Positions 46,001 to 59,600 of a stretch of 64,000 bases of DNA are shown here, one piece after another (the stretch's first letter is position 1; every line of letters begins with the position of its first letter). The position numbers were made by a program, and so were the translations under genes. The stretch is from the human T2T-CHM13v2.0 reference genome, Homo sapiens. The stretch covers positions 7,104,001 through 7,168,000 of the forward strand of contig CP068257.2 in the NCBI GenBank assembly GCA_009914755.4, written 5' to 3'. A model generated the notes under the pieces. It made no database searches, was not told the DNA's origin, and worked only from the letters and a program-made list of their open reading frames with translations.

Positions 46001-49000
46001 ATGGGGTGGAATGGAAATGAATGGAGTGGAGTGGAATGGAATTAAATTGAATGGAATGGAAAGGAATGGAATTGAACGGAGTGGAATGGAGTGGAATTGA
46101 ATTCAATGGAATGGAATGGAGTGGAATGGAGTGAAATAGAGTGGATTGGAATGAAGTGGAATGGAGGGGAATGGAATGGAGTGGACTGGAGTGAAGTAGA
46201 GTGGAGTAGAATGGACTGGTATAGAATGGGATGGAGTAGAATGGAAGGATTGGAATGGAGTGGAGTGGAGCGGAGCAGAGTCTAGTGGAATGGAGTTGAA
46301 TGGAATGGGGTGGAACCGAATTGAATAGAGTCGAGTGGAGTAGAATTGAATGGAGTGGAATGGAATGGACTGGGAAGGCATGGAAATGCAAATGTTGGAG
46401 TGGAGTGGAGTGGAATGCAAATAAATGGAATGGAATGGAGTGGAGTGGAGGGAAGTGGAGTGAAGTGGAAAGGAATGGAATGGAGTGCAATGGAGTGGAG
46501 TGGAATGGAATGGAGTGGAGTGGAGCGGAGTGGAGTGAAGTGGAATGGAATGGAAAGGATGGGACTGGAGTGGAGTGGAAAGGAAGGGAATGGATTGGAG
46601 AAAAGTGGAGTGCAGTGGAGTGATGACGGATGTAATGGAATGGATTGGAGTGGAGTGGTTTGGAGTGGAGTGGAGTGGAATGGAGGGTAATGGCATGGAA
46701 TGGATTAGAATGGAATGGAATGGAATGGAAACGAATGGAATGAAATCGAATGTCATCGAATGGAATCGAATGGAATGCGGTGAAATGGATTGGAGTTGAG
46801 TAGAATAGAGTGGAATGGAATGGGGTGGAACGGAATTGAATGGAGAGGAGTGGACTGGAGTGGAATGTCGTGGAATGAAATGGAATTAGAAGGAATCGAA
46901 TTGAACAGAATGGAGTGGAATAGAGTGGAGAGAAGTGGAATGCAATGGAATAGAAAGGAATGGAATGGAATGGAATGGAAGGGAAGGGTATTGAATGGAA
47001 TGGAAGGGAATGGACTGGAAAGGAGTGGAGTGGAGTGGATTGGAATGGAATGCAATGGAGTGGAATGGAATGGAATACAATGGAATGGAGGTGAATGAGG
47101 TGGAATGGAATGGAATGGAATGGAATAAAATTGCAAAGAATGGAAAGGACTCAAATGGAATGAATTCAAACGTAATGGACTGTAGTGGAAAGGACTCGAA
47201 AGAATTGGACTTGAATGGAATGGAATGGAATGCAATTCAATTGAATGGAAAGGAGTGGAATTGAATTTAATGGAATGGAGTGGAGTGGGGTGGAATGGAA
47301 TGGAGTGGAGCGGAGAAGAGTGCAGTGGAGTGGAGTGGTGTGGAATGGAATGGAGTGGAATGGAGTGAAGAGGAGTGGATTGGAATGGATTGGAGAGGAA
47401 AGGAATGGATTGGAGGGGAGTGGAGTGGAGGGCAGTGTAGCGGAGTGAAAAGGAATGGAATGGAATGGAATGAAGTGCAGTGGATTGGAATGTATTGGAG
47501 AGGAATGGAATGGAATGGAACGGAATGGAATGGAAGGGAATGGAATCAAATAGAATGGACTGGAATAGAATGGACTCCAATGTAATGGACTAGAATGGAA
47601 TGGACCCGAATGGTAGGGAATAGAATGAAACTGAATCGAATGGAATGGAAACGAATGGCATAGAAAGGAATTGAATGGAATGCAGTGAAGTGGAGTGAAG
47701 TGGAGTGGAACGCAGTGGAATCAAATGGTTTGGAATATAATTGAAAGGAGTGGATTGGAGTGGAATGGAATGCAATGGGAAGGAATGGAATTGAGCAGAG
47801 TAGAGTGGAGTGGAGTGGAAAGGAATGGAATGGAATGGACTTGAATGGAATGGAATCAAATGGAATTGAAATGAATGGAATGGAAGAGAATGGATTGTAA
47901 ACGAATGACATCCAATGGAATCAAAAGGAATGCATTGAAGTGGAGTGGAGTGGAATATACTGGAATGAAATGGGGGGAACGGAATTGAATGGAGTGTAGT
48001 GGAGTGGAGTGGAATGGGTTTAAATGGAAAGGAATGGGAAGGAATGTAATTGAACGTAGTGGAGTGGAGTGGAGTGGAATGGAGTGGAGTGGAGTGCAGT
48101 GTTTAGTGGAGTGGAGAGGAGTACAGTTGAATGAAATGGAATGCAGTGGATTGGAGTTGAGTGGAGTGGAGAGGAATGGAGTGGAATGCAATTATGGGAG
48201 TTGAGTGGAGTAGAAGGGAAAGGAATGTAGTGGAGTGGAATTGAGTGGAGTGGAGTGGAGTGTAATTGAGTGGAGTGGAGTGGAATGGAGTGGAGTGGAA
48301 TGGCATGGAATGGAGTGGATTGGAGTGGAGGGCAATGCAATTGAATGGAATGGAATGGAGTGGAGTGCAGCAGAGTGGAGTGGAGTGGAGTGCATTGTAG
48401 TGGAGTGGAATGAAATGGAATGGAATGGAATGGACTCGAATGGAATGGACTGGATTGGAATGGACTCGAATGGAAAGGACTCGAATGGAATGAAATCGAA
48501 TGGAATGGAATGGAATGAAATGGAATCAAAGGAATGGAATGGTCACGAATGTAATGGACTGGAATGAAATGGACTCGAATGGACTCGAATGGAATGGACT
48601 CGAATGAAATGGAATCCAATTTAAAGGAATCGAGTGGAATGGAATTGAAAGGAATTGAATGGAATCGAATGGAATCAAATGGCATCCAATGGTATCGAAT
48701 GGAATTCGGTTAGTGGAGTGGAGTGGAATGGAGTGGAACGTAATGGGGTGGAATGGAATAAAATGGAGTGGAGTGAAGTGCAGTGGAATGTATTGGAATG
48801 GAATTGAATGGGAAGGAATGCAATTGAATGGAGTGCAGGGGAGTGTATTGGAGTGGAATGTAATGAAATGGAAGGGATTGGAGTGGATTGGAGTGGAGTG
48901 GAATGGAGTGGAGTGCAATGCAATGGATTGGAGTTTAGTGTGGTGGAGTGGAGTGGAGTGGAAAGAAATGGAATGGAATGGAATGGAATTGAATTGAATG

Positions 49001-50149
49001 AAACAAAAGGAATGGAATGGAATTGATCGGAATGGAATCAAAATGAATTGAATCAAATGCAAGGGAGCAGAATGGAATGGACTCGAATGGAATGGAATCG
49101 AATGGAATGGAATCAAATGGCATCGAATGGAATCGAATGGAATGCGGTGAATTAGATTGGAGTGTAGTGGAAAGGAGTGGAGCGGAATTGGGTGCAATTG
49201 AATTGAAAGGAGCGTAGTGGAGTGGAGGAGAATGGAGTGTAATGGAATGCAATGGGAAGGAATGGAATTGAATGGAGTGGAGGTGAGTTTAGTGGAGTGA
49301 AGTGGAGTGGAGTGGATTGGAATGAAATGGAATGGAATGGAATAGGATAGAATGTACTCGAATGGAATGGAATCAAATGAAATGGAGTCGAATGGAATTC
49401 AATCGAATGGCATCGAATGGAATCGAATAGAATGAAGTGAAGTGGCGCCCTGGAGAGGATTGGAATGTAGTGGAATGGTATGGGGTGGAATGGAATTAGA
49501 TGGAGTGGAGTAGATTGGAGGGGAATGGAGCGGAATGGAATGGAATGGAATGGGAAGGAATGATATTTAACGGAGTGGAGGGGAGTGGAGTGGAATGTAA
49601 TGTAACGGAATGGAATAGTGTAGAATGGAGAGGAGTGGAGGGCACTGGAGTTGAGTGGAGTGGAATAAAACGAAAAGGAGTGGAGTTGAGTGGACAGGAG
49701 TTGAGTGGAGTGGAATGGAATAAAGTGGAGTAGAGTGGAGTGGAGTAGAAGGGAATGCAATGGAGTGGAGTGGAGTTGCGTGGAGTGGAGGGGATTGGAG
49801 TGGTTTGGAGTGGAGTGGAAATGAATGCAGAGGAATGGAACGGAATGGAGTGGAGTGGAGTGGAGTGGAATGCAAAGAAATAGAATGGAGTGGAGTGCAT
49901 TGCCATGTAGTGGAGTGGAATAGAGTGTAACAGAGTACAGTGGAATGGAATGGAATGGAAAGGAATTGAAGGGAAAGGACTGCAACAGAATGGACTGGAA
50001 AGGAATGGATTTGAATGGAATGGACTCGAATGGAATGGAATCAAATGGAATGGCATGGAATAAAATGGAATGAAACGGAAAGGAATCAAATGAAATGAAA
50101 TGGAATGGAATGCAATGGAATGGAATAGAAAGGAATGGAATGGAATGGA

Positions 50150-50530
50150 ATGGAATGGAATGGAATGGAATGGAATGGAACAGAACAGAATGGAATGGAA
50201 TGGAATGCAATAAAATCGAATGTAATGGAAGCGAATGGCATGAATACAATCGAAAGGATTGTGGTGGAGAGGAGGGGAGTGGAGTGGAGTGGAATGGAGT
50301 GGAAGGGAATGGGGTGGAATGGAAGTGAATGGAGTGGAATGGATTGGAATGGAATGGAAAGGAACGGAACAGAATGGAATGGAATGGAATGGAATGCAAT
50401 AAAATCGAATGTAATGGAAGCAAATGGCATGAATACAATCGAAAGGATTGTGGTGGAGAGGAGGGGAGTGGAGTGGAGTGGAATGGAGTGGAAGGGAATG
50501 GGGTGGAATGGAAGTGAATGGAGTGGAATG
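50150..50530 (+). repeat. Local tandem duplication inside block B, about 186-190-bp unit, 2 copies
   Basis: The sequence aatgcaataaaatcgaatgtaatggaagc(g/a)aatggcatgaatacaatcgaaaggattgtggtggagaggaggggagtggagtggagtggaatggagtggaagggaatggggtggaatggaagtgaatggagtggaatgg lies at about 50,203 and about 50,392. The ORF-track peptide at 50135-50581 shows a 62-aa internal repeat. Confidence 0.8.
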
Positions 50531-53500
50531 GAATGGAATGGAGTGGAATTGAATGGAATCAGAAGGAATGGAATAGAATAGAGTGCAGTGTAGTGGAGTG
50601 GAACGGAATGGAAAGGTATAGGGTGGAGTGGAGTGGAGTGGATTGGAGTGCAGTCGAATGGAGTGGAATTGGTGGATATTGAACAGAATGGACAAGAGTG
50701 TAATGGAATGGAATGTAGTGGAGTGTAGTGAAGTGGAATAAAATGAAACGGACTGGAATAGAATGGAATGGAATGGAATGGAATGGAACGGAATGGAATG
50801 GACTCCAGTGGAAAGGACCTGAATGGAATGGACTCGAATGGAATGGAATTGAAAGGAAGGGAATGGACTGGAATCCAATGGCATGAATGAAATCGAATAG
50901 AATGCGATGAAATGGATTAGAGTTGAGTAGAATAGAGTGGAATGGAATGGCGTGAAACGGAATTGAATGGAGTGGAGTAGATTGGAGTTGAATGGAGTGG
51001 AATGGAATGGAATTGGAAGGAATGGAATTGAACGGGGTTGAGTGGAATAGAGGGGAATGCAAGGAAGGGGAGTGGAGTGGAGTGGAATGGAATGGGGTGG
51101 AGTGGAATTTAATAGAGTGGAGTGGAGTCGAGTGGAATGGAATATAATGGAATGGAATGGAAGAGAAAGGACTGGAATGGAATAGAATGGAATGGATTGG
51201 AATGGAATGGAATGGAATCGAATGACAATGAATGGAATCGAATGGAATGAGTTGAAGTGGAGTGAAGTCGAGTGGAATGGAATGGGGTGGAATGGAATTC
51301 AATGGAGGGGATTGGAGTGGAGTGGAATGGAATGGAATGGATAGGGAAGGAATGGAATTGAACGGAGTGGAGTGGAATGGAGTGGAGTTGAATGGAGTAT
51401 AATGGAATGGATATGGAAGGAATGGAATTCAACGGAGTGCAGTGGATGGGAGTGGAGTGGAATGCAATGGAATGGTATGGAATGGAGTGGAGTGGAGTGG
51501 AGTGGAGTGCAGTGGAGTGGAGTGCAATAAAGTGGAATGGAATTGAATGGAATGGAATGGAGTGGATTAGACTGAAATGGAGTGGAGTGGATTGCAGTGG
51601 AATGGAAAGGAATAGACACAAATGTAAAAGAATGGAATGGAATGGAATGCACTGGACTAATGGAATGGACTGGCATGGAATGGACTGGAATGCAATGGAA
51701 TCGAATGGAAGGGAAACGAATGGAATCATATTGAATGGGGTGGAATCGAATCTAATGGAATGGAATGGCAATGAATGGAATCGAATGGAATACCGGGGAG
51801 TGGAGAGGAGTGGAGTGGAATGGAGTGGAATGGAATGGTGTGGAATGGAAGTGAATGGAGTGGAGTGGAATCGAGTGGAATGGAGTGCAATGGAAAGGAA
51901 TGGGTAGGAATGGAATGGAATGGGTATGAATGAAATAGAATGGAGTGGAGTGGAAAGGAGTGGTGTGGAATGCAATGGAATGGAATAGAATGGAGTGGGG
52001 TAGAGTGGAATGGAATTGAATGGAGTGGAATGGAAAGGAATGGAATTGAACAGAGTGGAGGGGAGTGGAATTGAATTCAATGGAATAGAATGGAATGGAA
52101 TGGAATGGAATGGAATGGAATGGAATGGAGTGAAATGGAGTGGAATAGAGTGGATTGGAGTGAAGTGGAATGGAGAGGAATGGAATGCAAAGGAGTGGAG
52201 TACAGTGAAGCAGAGTGGAGTACAAAGGAGTGAAATAGAATGGAATGCAGTAGAAAGGTAGGAGTGGAATGGAATGGAGTGGAGTAGAGTGGAGTCTGGA
52301 GGAATGGAGTTGAATGGAATGGGATGGAACAGATTTGAATAGAGTCGAGTGTAGTAGAATTGAATAGAGTGGAATGGAGTGGAATGGAATGGATTGGGAA
52401 GGCATGGAAATGCAAAGAGTGGAGTAGAGTGGATTGGAGTGGAATGCAAAGGAATATAATGGATTAGAGTGGAGTGGAGGGAAGTGGAGTAAAGTGGAAT
52501 GGAATGGAATGGAGAAGAGTGGAGTGAAGTGGAGTGAAGTGGAATAGAATTGAATGAAGTGGAATGTAATGGAATGGAATTGATTGGGAAGGCATGGAAA
52601 TGCAAAGAGTGGAGTGGATTGGGGTGGATTGGACTGGAATGCAAAGGAATTGAATGGAATGGAGTGGAGTGGAGTGAAGTGGAGTGAAGTGGAATGGAAT
52701 GGAATGGAGAGGAGTGGAGTGAAGTGGAGTGAAGCGGAATGAAATGGAATGGAGTGCAATGAAGTGCAGTGGAATGGAATGGAATGGAGTGGAGTGGAGC
52801 AGAGTGGAGTGAATTGGAATGGAATGGGTGGGACTGCAGTGGAGTGGAAAGGAATGGAATAGATTGGAGACAACTGGAGTGGAGTAGAGTGATAAGGGAT
52901 GGAATGGAATGGAGTGGAGTGGAGTGGTTTGGAGTGGAGTGGAGTGGAGTTGAACGGAGGGTAATGGAATGGAATGGATTGGAATGGAATGGAATGGAAT
53001 GGAAACGAATGGAATGAAAGCGAATGGCATCGAATGTAATCGAATGGAATGCTGTAAAATGGATTGGAGTTGAGTAGAATAGAGTGAAATGGAATGGGGT
53101 GGAATGGAATGCGGTGGAAATGGGGTGGAACGGAATTGAATGGAGTGGAGTGGATTGGAGTGTAATGGAGAGGAATGGAATGGAATTGGATGGAATGGAA
53201 TTGAACGGAGTGGAGTGGAATAGAGTGGAGTAAAGTGGAATGCAATGGAATGGAAAGGAATGTAATGTTAAGTAATTGAATGGAATGGAATGGAATGAAA
53301 TGCAACGGAAAGGAGTGGAGTGGATTGGAATGGAATGCAATGGAGTGGAATGTAATGTAATTGTGTAGAATGGAATAGACTACAACGGATTGGAATCAAA
53401 TGGACTCGAATGGAATAGACCCAAATGGAATGGACTCGAAAGGAATGGCATCGAATATATTGGAATGGAATGGATTCGAATAGAACGGACTCAAAAGGAA

Positions 53501-54240
53501 TGGACAGGAATGGAGTGAACTCAAATGGAATGTAGTTGAATGGAAAGGAATCAAATGGAATGGAATCAAATGGAATGGAATAGATTGGAATGAAATTGAC
53601 TGGAATAGAATGCAATCGAAAAGAATGGAATAGAATGAAATGGAATCGAAAGGAATGGAGTCAAATGGAATGAAATGGAATGGAATGGAATTAAATAGAC
53701 TGGAATGGGATACAATCGAAAGGAATGGAATAGAATGGAATGGAATGGAATGGAATGGATGGGAATTGAAGGGCATCGAATGGCATCATATGGAATGCGG
53801 TGAAATGGAGTGGAATGGATAGGAATGGAGTGGAATTGAATGTCTTGGAATGGAATTGAATGGAGTGGGGTGGAATGGAGGGCAAGGGAGTGGAATGCAA
53901 TGGAATAGGAAGGAATGGAATTGAGTGGAGTGGAGTGGTGTGGAGTAGGTTGGAGTGGAGTGGAATTGAACGGAGTGAAGTCGAGTGGAGTGGAGCGGAG
54001 TGCAGCCAAATGCAATGGAATGGACTCGATCTGAATGGACTGGAATGGAATGGACACGAGTGGAATGGAGTCGAATGGAATGTATTCCAATGGAATGGAA
54101 TGTATTCCAAAGGAATGGAATCGAAAGTAATGGAATCGAATGGCATCGAATGGAATCGAATGGAATGCGATGAAGTTGAGTGGAGTGGAGTGGAATGGAA
54201 TGGAAATGAATAGGGTGGAATGGAATTGAATGGAGTTGAG

Positions 54241-54400
54241 TGGAATGGAGTGTAAAGAAAAGGAATGGGAAGGAATGGAAATGAACAGAGTGGAGTGGAG
54301 AGGAGTGAAGTGGAGTGGAGTGGAATGGAGTGTAAAGAAAAGGAATGGGAAGGAATGGAAATGAACAGAGTGGAGTGGAGAGGAGTGAAGTGGAGTGGAG
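54241..54400 (+). repeat. Local tandem duplication, 80-bp unit, 2 copies
   Basis: The sequence tggaatggagtgtaaagaaaaggaatgggaaggaatggaaatgaacagagtggagtggagaggagtgaagtggagtggag occurs identically at 54,241-54,320 and 54,321-54,400. Confidence 0.85.
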
Positions 54401-56699
54401 TGGAATGCAATGGAATAGAATGGAAAGGATGGAGTGCAGTAGAGTGCATTGAAATGGAATGCAATGGAAAGGAATGGAGTCGAGTACAGGGGAGTGGAGT
54501 GGAGTGGAATGGAATGGAATGGACTCAAATGGAATGGAATTGAATGGAGTAGACATTAAATGGAAAGGACACGAATGGAATGGAATCAAAAGGGATGGAT
54601 TCAAATGGAATGGAATCGAATGACATGGAATGGAATCGAATGGAACGCGATTAGGCTGAGTGGAGTGGAGTGAAATGGAGTGGAATAGAATATTGTGAAT
54701 TGGAATTGAATGGAGTGGAGTGGAGTGGATTGTAATGGAGTGGAATGGAATGGAATGGGAAGGAACGGAATTGAACGGAGTGGAGTGGAGAGGAGTGACG
54801 TGGAGTGGAGTTGAATGCAATGGAATAGAATGGAAAGGAGTGGAGTGGATTGGAGTGGAATGCAATGGAATGGAATGGAGTGGAGTAGAGGGGAGTTGAG
54901 CGGAGTGGAGTGGAATGGAATGAAATGGAATGGAATGTACTCAAATGGAATGGACTCAAATAGAGTGGACGGGAATGGAATGGACTCGAATGGAATGGAT
55001 TCGAACGCAATGGAATCGAATGGGATGGATTCAAATGCAATGGAATCGAATGACATCGAATGGAATAGAATGGAATGCGATCAAGTGGAGAGCAGTGGAG
55101 GGGAATATTGGGGAATGGAATGGTGTGCAAAGGAATTCAATGGAATGGACTGGAGTAGAGTGGAATGGATTGAAATGGAATGGAATGGGAAGGAATGGAA
55201 TTGAACAAAGTGGAGTGAAATGGAGTGGAGAGGAATTGAATGAAATGGAATGGAGTGGAATGGAATGGAGTGATGTGGAATGGAAACGAAAGGAACAGAA
55301 TGGAATGGAATGGAATGGACTCGACTAGAACGGACTGGAATGGAATGCACTTTAATGGAATGGACAGGAATGGAATGGACTCGAATGGAAGGGAATCAAT
55401 TGAAAAGGAATCGAATGGAATGGATTAGAATGGAATGGAATAAATGCAATGGAGTCGAAAGGAATGGAATCAATTGTAAAGGAATTCAATGGCATCAAGT
55501 GTAATCGACCAGAATGTGATGAAGTGCAGTGGAGTGGAATGGAATACAATGCAATGGAATGGAATGGATTGGAGTGGAGAGAACTGGAGTGGAGTGGAGT
55601 GAAGTGGACTGGAGTGTAGTGGAATGCAGTGTATTGCAATGGAGTGGAATGAAGTAGAGTGGAGTGGAATGGAGTGGAATGGACTGGAATTGAGTGGAAT
55701 TGAATGGAATACAATGGATTCAAAAGGATTGGACTCGAATGGAATGGAAGCAAATGGAATGAAATCCAAAGGAATGGAAACGAATGGAATGGAATCTAAA
55801 GGAATGGAATGGAATCGAATGGAATGGAATCAAATGGAATGGAATGGAATGGAATGGAATTAAATGGACTGCAATGGAATTTAATCGAAAGGAATGGAAT
55901 GGAATCGAATGGAAAGGAACTGAAGGGCATTTAATGGCATTGAATGGAATGCGGTGAAGTGGAGTGGAAGGGATTGGAATGGAATGCAATAGAAAAGAAT
56001 GGAATGAAATGGAATGGAATGGAATGGAATTGCATGGCATTGAATGGAATGCAGTGAAGCAGAATGGAAGGGATTGGAATGGAGTGGAATTGAATGGGTT
56101 GGAATGGAATTGAGTGGAGTGTGGTGGAATGGAGGGGAATGGAGTGGAATGCATAGGAATGGGAAGGAATGGAATTGAAAGGAGTGGAGTGGAGTACATT
56201 GGAGTGGAGTGTAATTGAACGGAGTGTGGTCGAGTGGAGTGGAGTGCAGCAAAATTGAATGGAATGGAATGGACTCGATTTGAATGGACTGGAATAGAAT
56301 GGACACGAGTGTAATGGACACGAGTGGAATGGACTCAAATGGAATGCAATCAAATGGAATGGAAGCAAAAGGAATGGAATCGAAAGGAAAGGAATCGCAT
56401 GGCATTGAATGGCATCGAATGGAATGTGATGAAGTTGAGTGGAGTGCAGTAGAATGAAGTAGAATGGAATAGGGTGGATTGGAATTGAATGGAGTGGAGT
56501 GCAACGGAGTGGAATGGAATAGAATGGGAGGAATGGAATTGAACAGAGAGGAGTGGAGAGGATTTAAGTGGAGTGGAGTGGAATGCCATGGAATAGAATG
56601 GAAAGGAGTGGAGTACAGTGGAGTGGATTGGAGTGGAATGCAATGGAATAGAATGGAGTGGAGTAGAGGGGAGTGGAGTGGAGTGCAGAGGAATGGAAT

Positions 56700-59600
56700 G
56701 GAATGGTATGGAATGGACTCAAATGGAATGGAATGGAAACGAATGATATCGAACATAATAGGATGGAATGCAATGGAATAGAATGGAAGGGAATGGATGA
56801 AATGGAATGCAATGGAATGCAATGGAAGGGAATAGATGGAATGGAATGCAATGGAATGGAATCACATGGAATGCAATACAGTGGAGTGGAATGGAATCTA
56901 ATGGAAAAGAATGGAATGGAATGGAATAGAATGGAATGGAATCGAATGGAATAGAATAAATGGAATGGAATGGAATGGACTCAAAAAGAAAGAACTCGAA
57001 TGGAATGGAACCGAATGGAATAGAATGGAATGGACTCAAATGTAATGGACTGAAATGGAATGGACTGCAACGGAATGGAATCGAATGGAAAGGATTCGAA
57101 TGGAATGGAATGGAATGCACTCGAACGCAATGTACTGGAATGGAATTGACTCGAGTGGAATGGACAGCAATGGAATTGACTCTTATGGAAAGGATTGGAA
57201 TGTAATGTAGTTGAATGGAATGGAAACTAATGGAATGGAATGGAATGCAATCGAATGGAATGCAATCGAGTGGAATGGAATCGAATGGAAAGGAATGGAA
57301 TAGATTTTAATGGAATGTACTGGAATGGAATGGAATAGAAAGGAATCGAATGTATTGGAATGGAATGGAGTGGAATGGACTCGAATGTAATGGAATGGAA
57401 TTGAAAGGACTGCAATGAGATGGATTTGAATAGAATGGAATCCAATAGAATGGAATCAAATGGATTTTACTGGAATGGAATGGAATCGAATGCAATCGAC
57501 GCTAAAGGAATGGAATCAAAAGCAATGGAATTGATAATAAGGGAATCGAATGGATTGGAATGGAATAGAATCGAATATAATGGAATGGAACGGAATGAAT
57601 GCAATGCAATGGAATGGAATGGAATCTAATAAAATGGAATGGAATGGAGTGGAATCGATTAGAATGGAATGGTATGGACTCGAATGGAATGGATTGGAAT
57701 GGATTGGAGTGGAATGGAATGGAATGGAATGGACTTGAATGGAATGGGCTCAAATGGAATGGAATCGAATGGAATACAATGGAATGGACTCAAATGTAAT
57801 GGACTGGAATGGAATGGACTCCAATGGAATGAACTTGAACGTAATTGACTCGAATGGAATGGAATCCAGTGAAATGGAATGGAATGGAATGGAACAGAAT
57901 TGAATGGAATGGACTCGAAGGAAATGTACTGGAATGGAAAGGACTCGAATGGAATGGACTCAAATGGTGTTGACTGGAATGGAATGGAATCGAATACAAT
58001 GGACTCCATTGAAATGGACTCGAACGGAATGTAATAGAATGGAATGGAATGCAATGGAATGGAATGGAAAGGAATGGAATCGACTGAAATGGACTAGAAT
58101 GGAATCTACTAGAATGAAACGGACTCCAACGGAATGGATTCGAAGGGAATGCAGTCAAGTAGAATGGAATCAAATGGATTGGAATCTAATTGAATGGAAT
58201 GTAATGGAATCAAATGGAATGGAATGGATTGGAATGGAATGGAATGGACTTGAATGGGCTCAAATTGCATGGAATCGAATGGAATAGAACAGAATGGAAT
58301 GGACTCAAATTTAATGGACTGGAATGGAAAGGACTCCAATGGAATGGACTCAAACATAATTTACTCGAATGGAATGGAATCCAGTGAAATGGAATGGAAT
58401 GGAATGGAACAGAATTGAATGGAATGGACTCAAAAGAAATGTACTGGGATGGAATGGACTCAAATGGAATGGACTCGAATGGCGTGGACTGGAATGGAAT
58501 GGCATCGAATAGAATGGACTCCATTGAAATGGACTCGAATGGAATGCATTAAAATGGAATGAAATCGAATGGAATGGAATGGAAAGCAATGAAATCGACT
58601 GGAATGGACTAGAATGGAATCTACTAGAATCAAATGGACTCCAACGGAATTCGAAGGGAATGCAGTCAAATGGAATGGAATCGAATGGATTGGAATCTAA
58701 TGGAAAGGAATGAAATCGAATGGAATGGAATCAAAAGAAATGGAATGGAATGCAACAGAATAAAATGGTATGGAATCAAGTAGAGGTGAATGGAGTGGAT
58801 TGGAATGAAATGGAATGGACCCGGGTGAAAAGGACTCGGAGTGGACTCCGAGTGGAGTGTACTCGAATAGAAAGGACTCAAAAAGAATGGAACTGAATCG
58901 AATGGAATGGAACCAAATGGATTGGAATGGAATGGAATGGAATTTAATGGAATGGAATGGTATGGAATGGAATGGAAAGGAATGGAATGGAATGGAATGG
59001 AATTGAATGGAATGGAATAGCATGGTATGGACTTGAATAGAATGGAATGGACACGAATGGAATGGATTCAAGTGGAATGGACTCAAATTGAATGGATTCA
59101 AATGGAATGGAATCGAATGGAATGCAATCGAGGGGCATGGATTCTAACGGGTTGGAATCGAATGCAATGGAACGTAATGGAATGGACCCGAAAGGAATGG
59201 ACTCAAAGAAAATGGACTGGAATGGAATGGAATGGAGTGGAATGGAGTGAAATGTAACGGAATACAATCGAATGGAATAGAATTGAATGGAATGGACAGG
59301 AATGGAATGGACTACAATGGAATGGAGTAGAATGGAATTGATTCGATTTGAATACATTCGAATGGGATGGATTTGAATGGAATGGACTTGAATCGAATGC
59401 AATCGAATGGAATGGAACTGAAGGGAATGGAGTCAAATTCAATGGACAGGAGTAGAATGGACTGGAATGTAATGGAAGCGAATGGAATGGACTGGATTGA
59501 TACCGACCCGAATGGAATAGACACAAATGGAATGATATCAAATGGAATGCAATGAAATGCATTTGATTGGAATCGAAAGGAATGGAGACGAATATTATGG

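Larger units (their letters stand above)
35900..56700 (+). repeat. Block B: mosaic subarray of GGAGT-enriched stretches (GAGTGGAGTGG) alternating with short GGAAT/ATCGAATGG stretches. A distinct satellite III-like subfamily.
   Basis: Abrupt rise of GGAGT/GGAGTGGAGTGG units starts at about 35,940 (for example ggagtggagtggagtgtaatggg). A junction motif AATCGAATGGCATCGAATGGAATCGAATGGAATGCGGTGAAGTGG recurs every 300-900 bp, for example at about 38,835, 41,775, 42,640, 43,800, 44,770, 45,900, 46,740, 49,110, 50,870, 53,020, 54,135, 55,040 and 56,390. Internal GGAAT-type patches lie at about 36,800-37,500, 48,400-48,700, 49,960-50,260 and 53,340-53,760. Confidence 0.7.

Noticed and set aside
51109-53340. 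Longest ORF-track entries: 743 aa on the minus strand here, 608 aa at 44089-45915, 462 aa at 49496-50884, 428 aa at 49152-50438 and 389 aa at 40912-42081
   Set aside because: They are stop-free frames of the GGAAT/GGAGT pentamer on the complementary strand, which give (IPFHS/TPLHS)n low-complexity peptides. They overlap other stop-free frames on both strands, lack any start or regulatory context, and only grow longer where GGAGT reduces TAA/TAG/TGA frequency. They are not genes.
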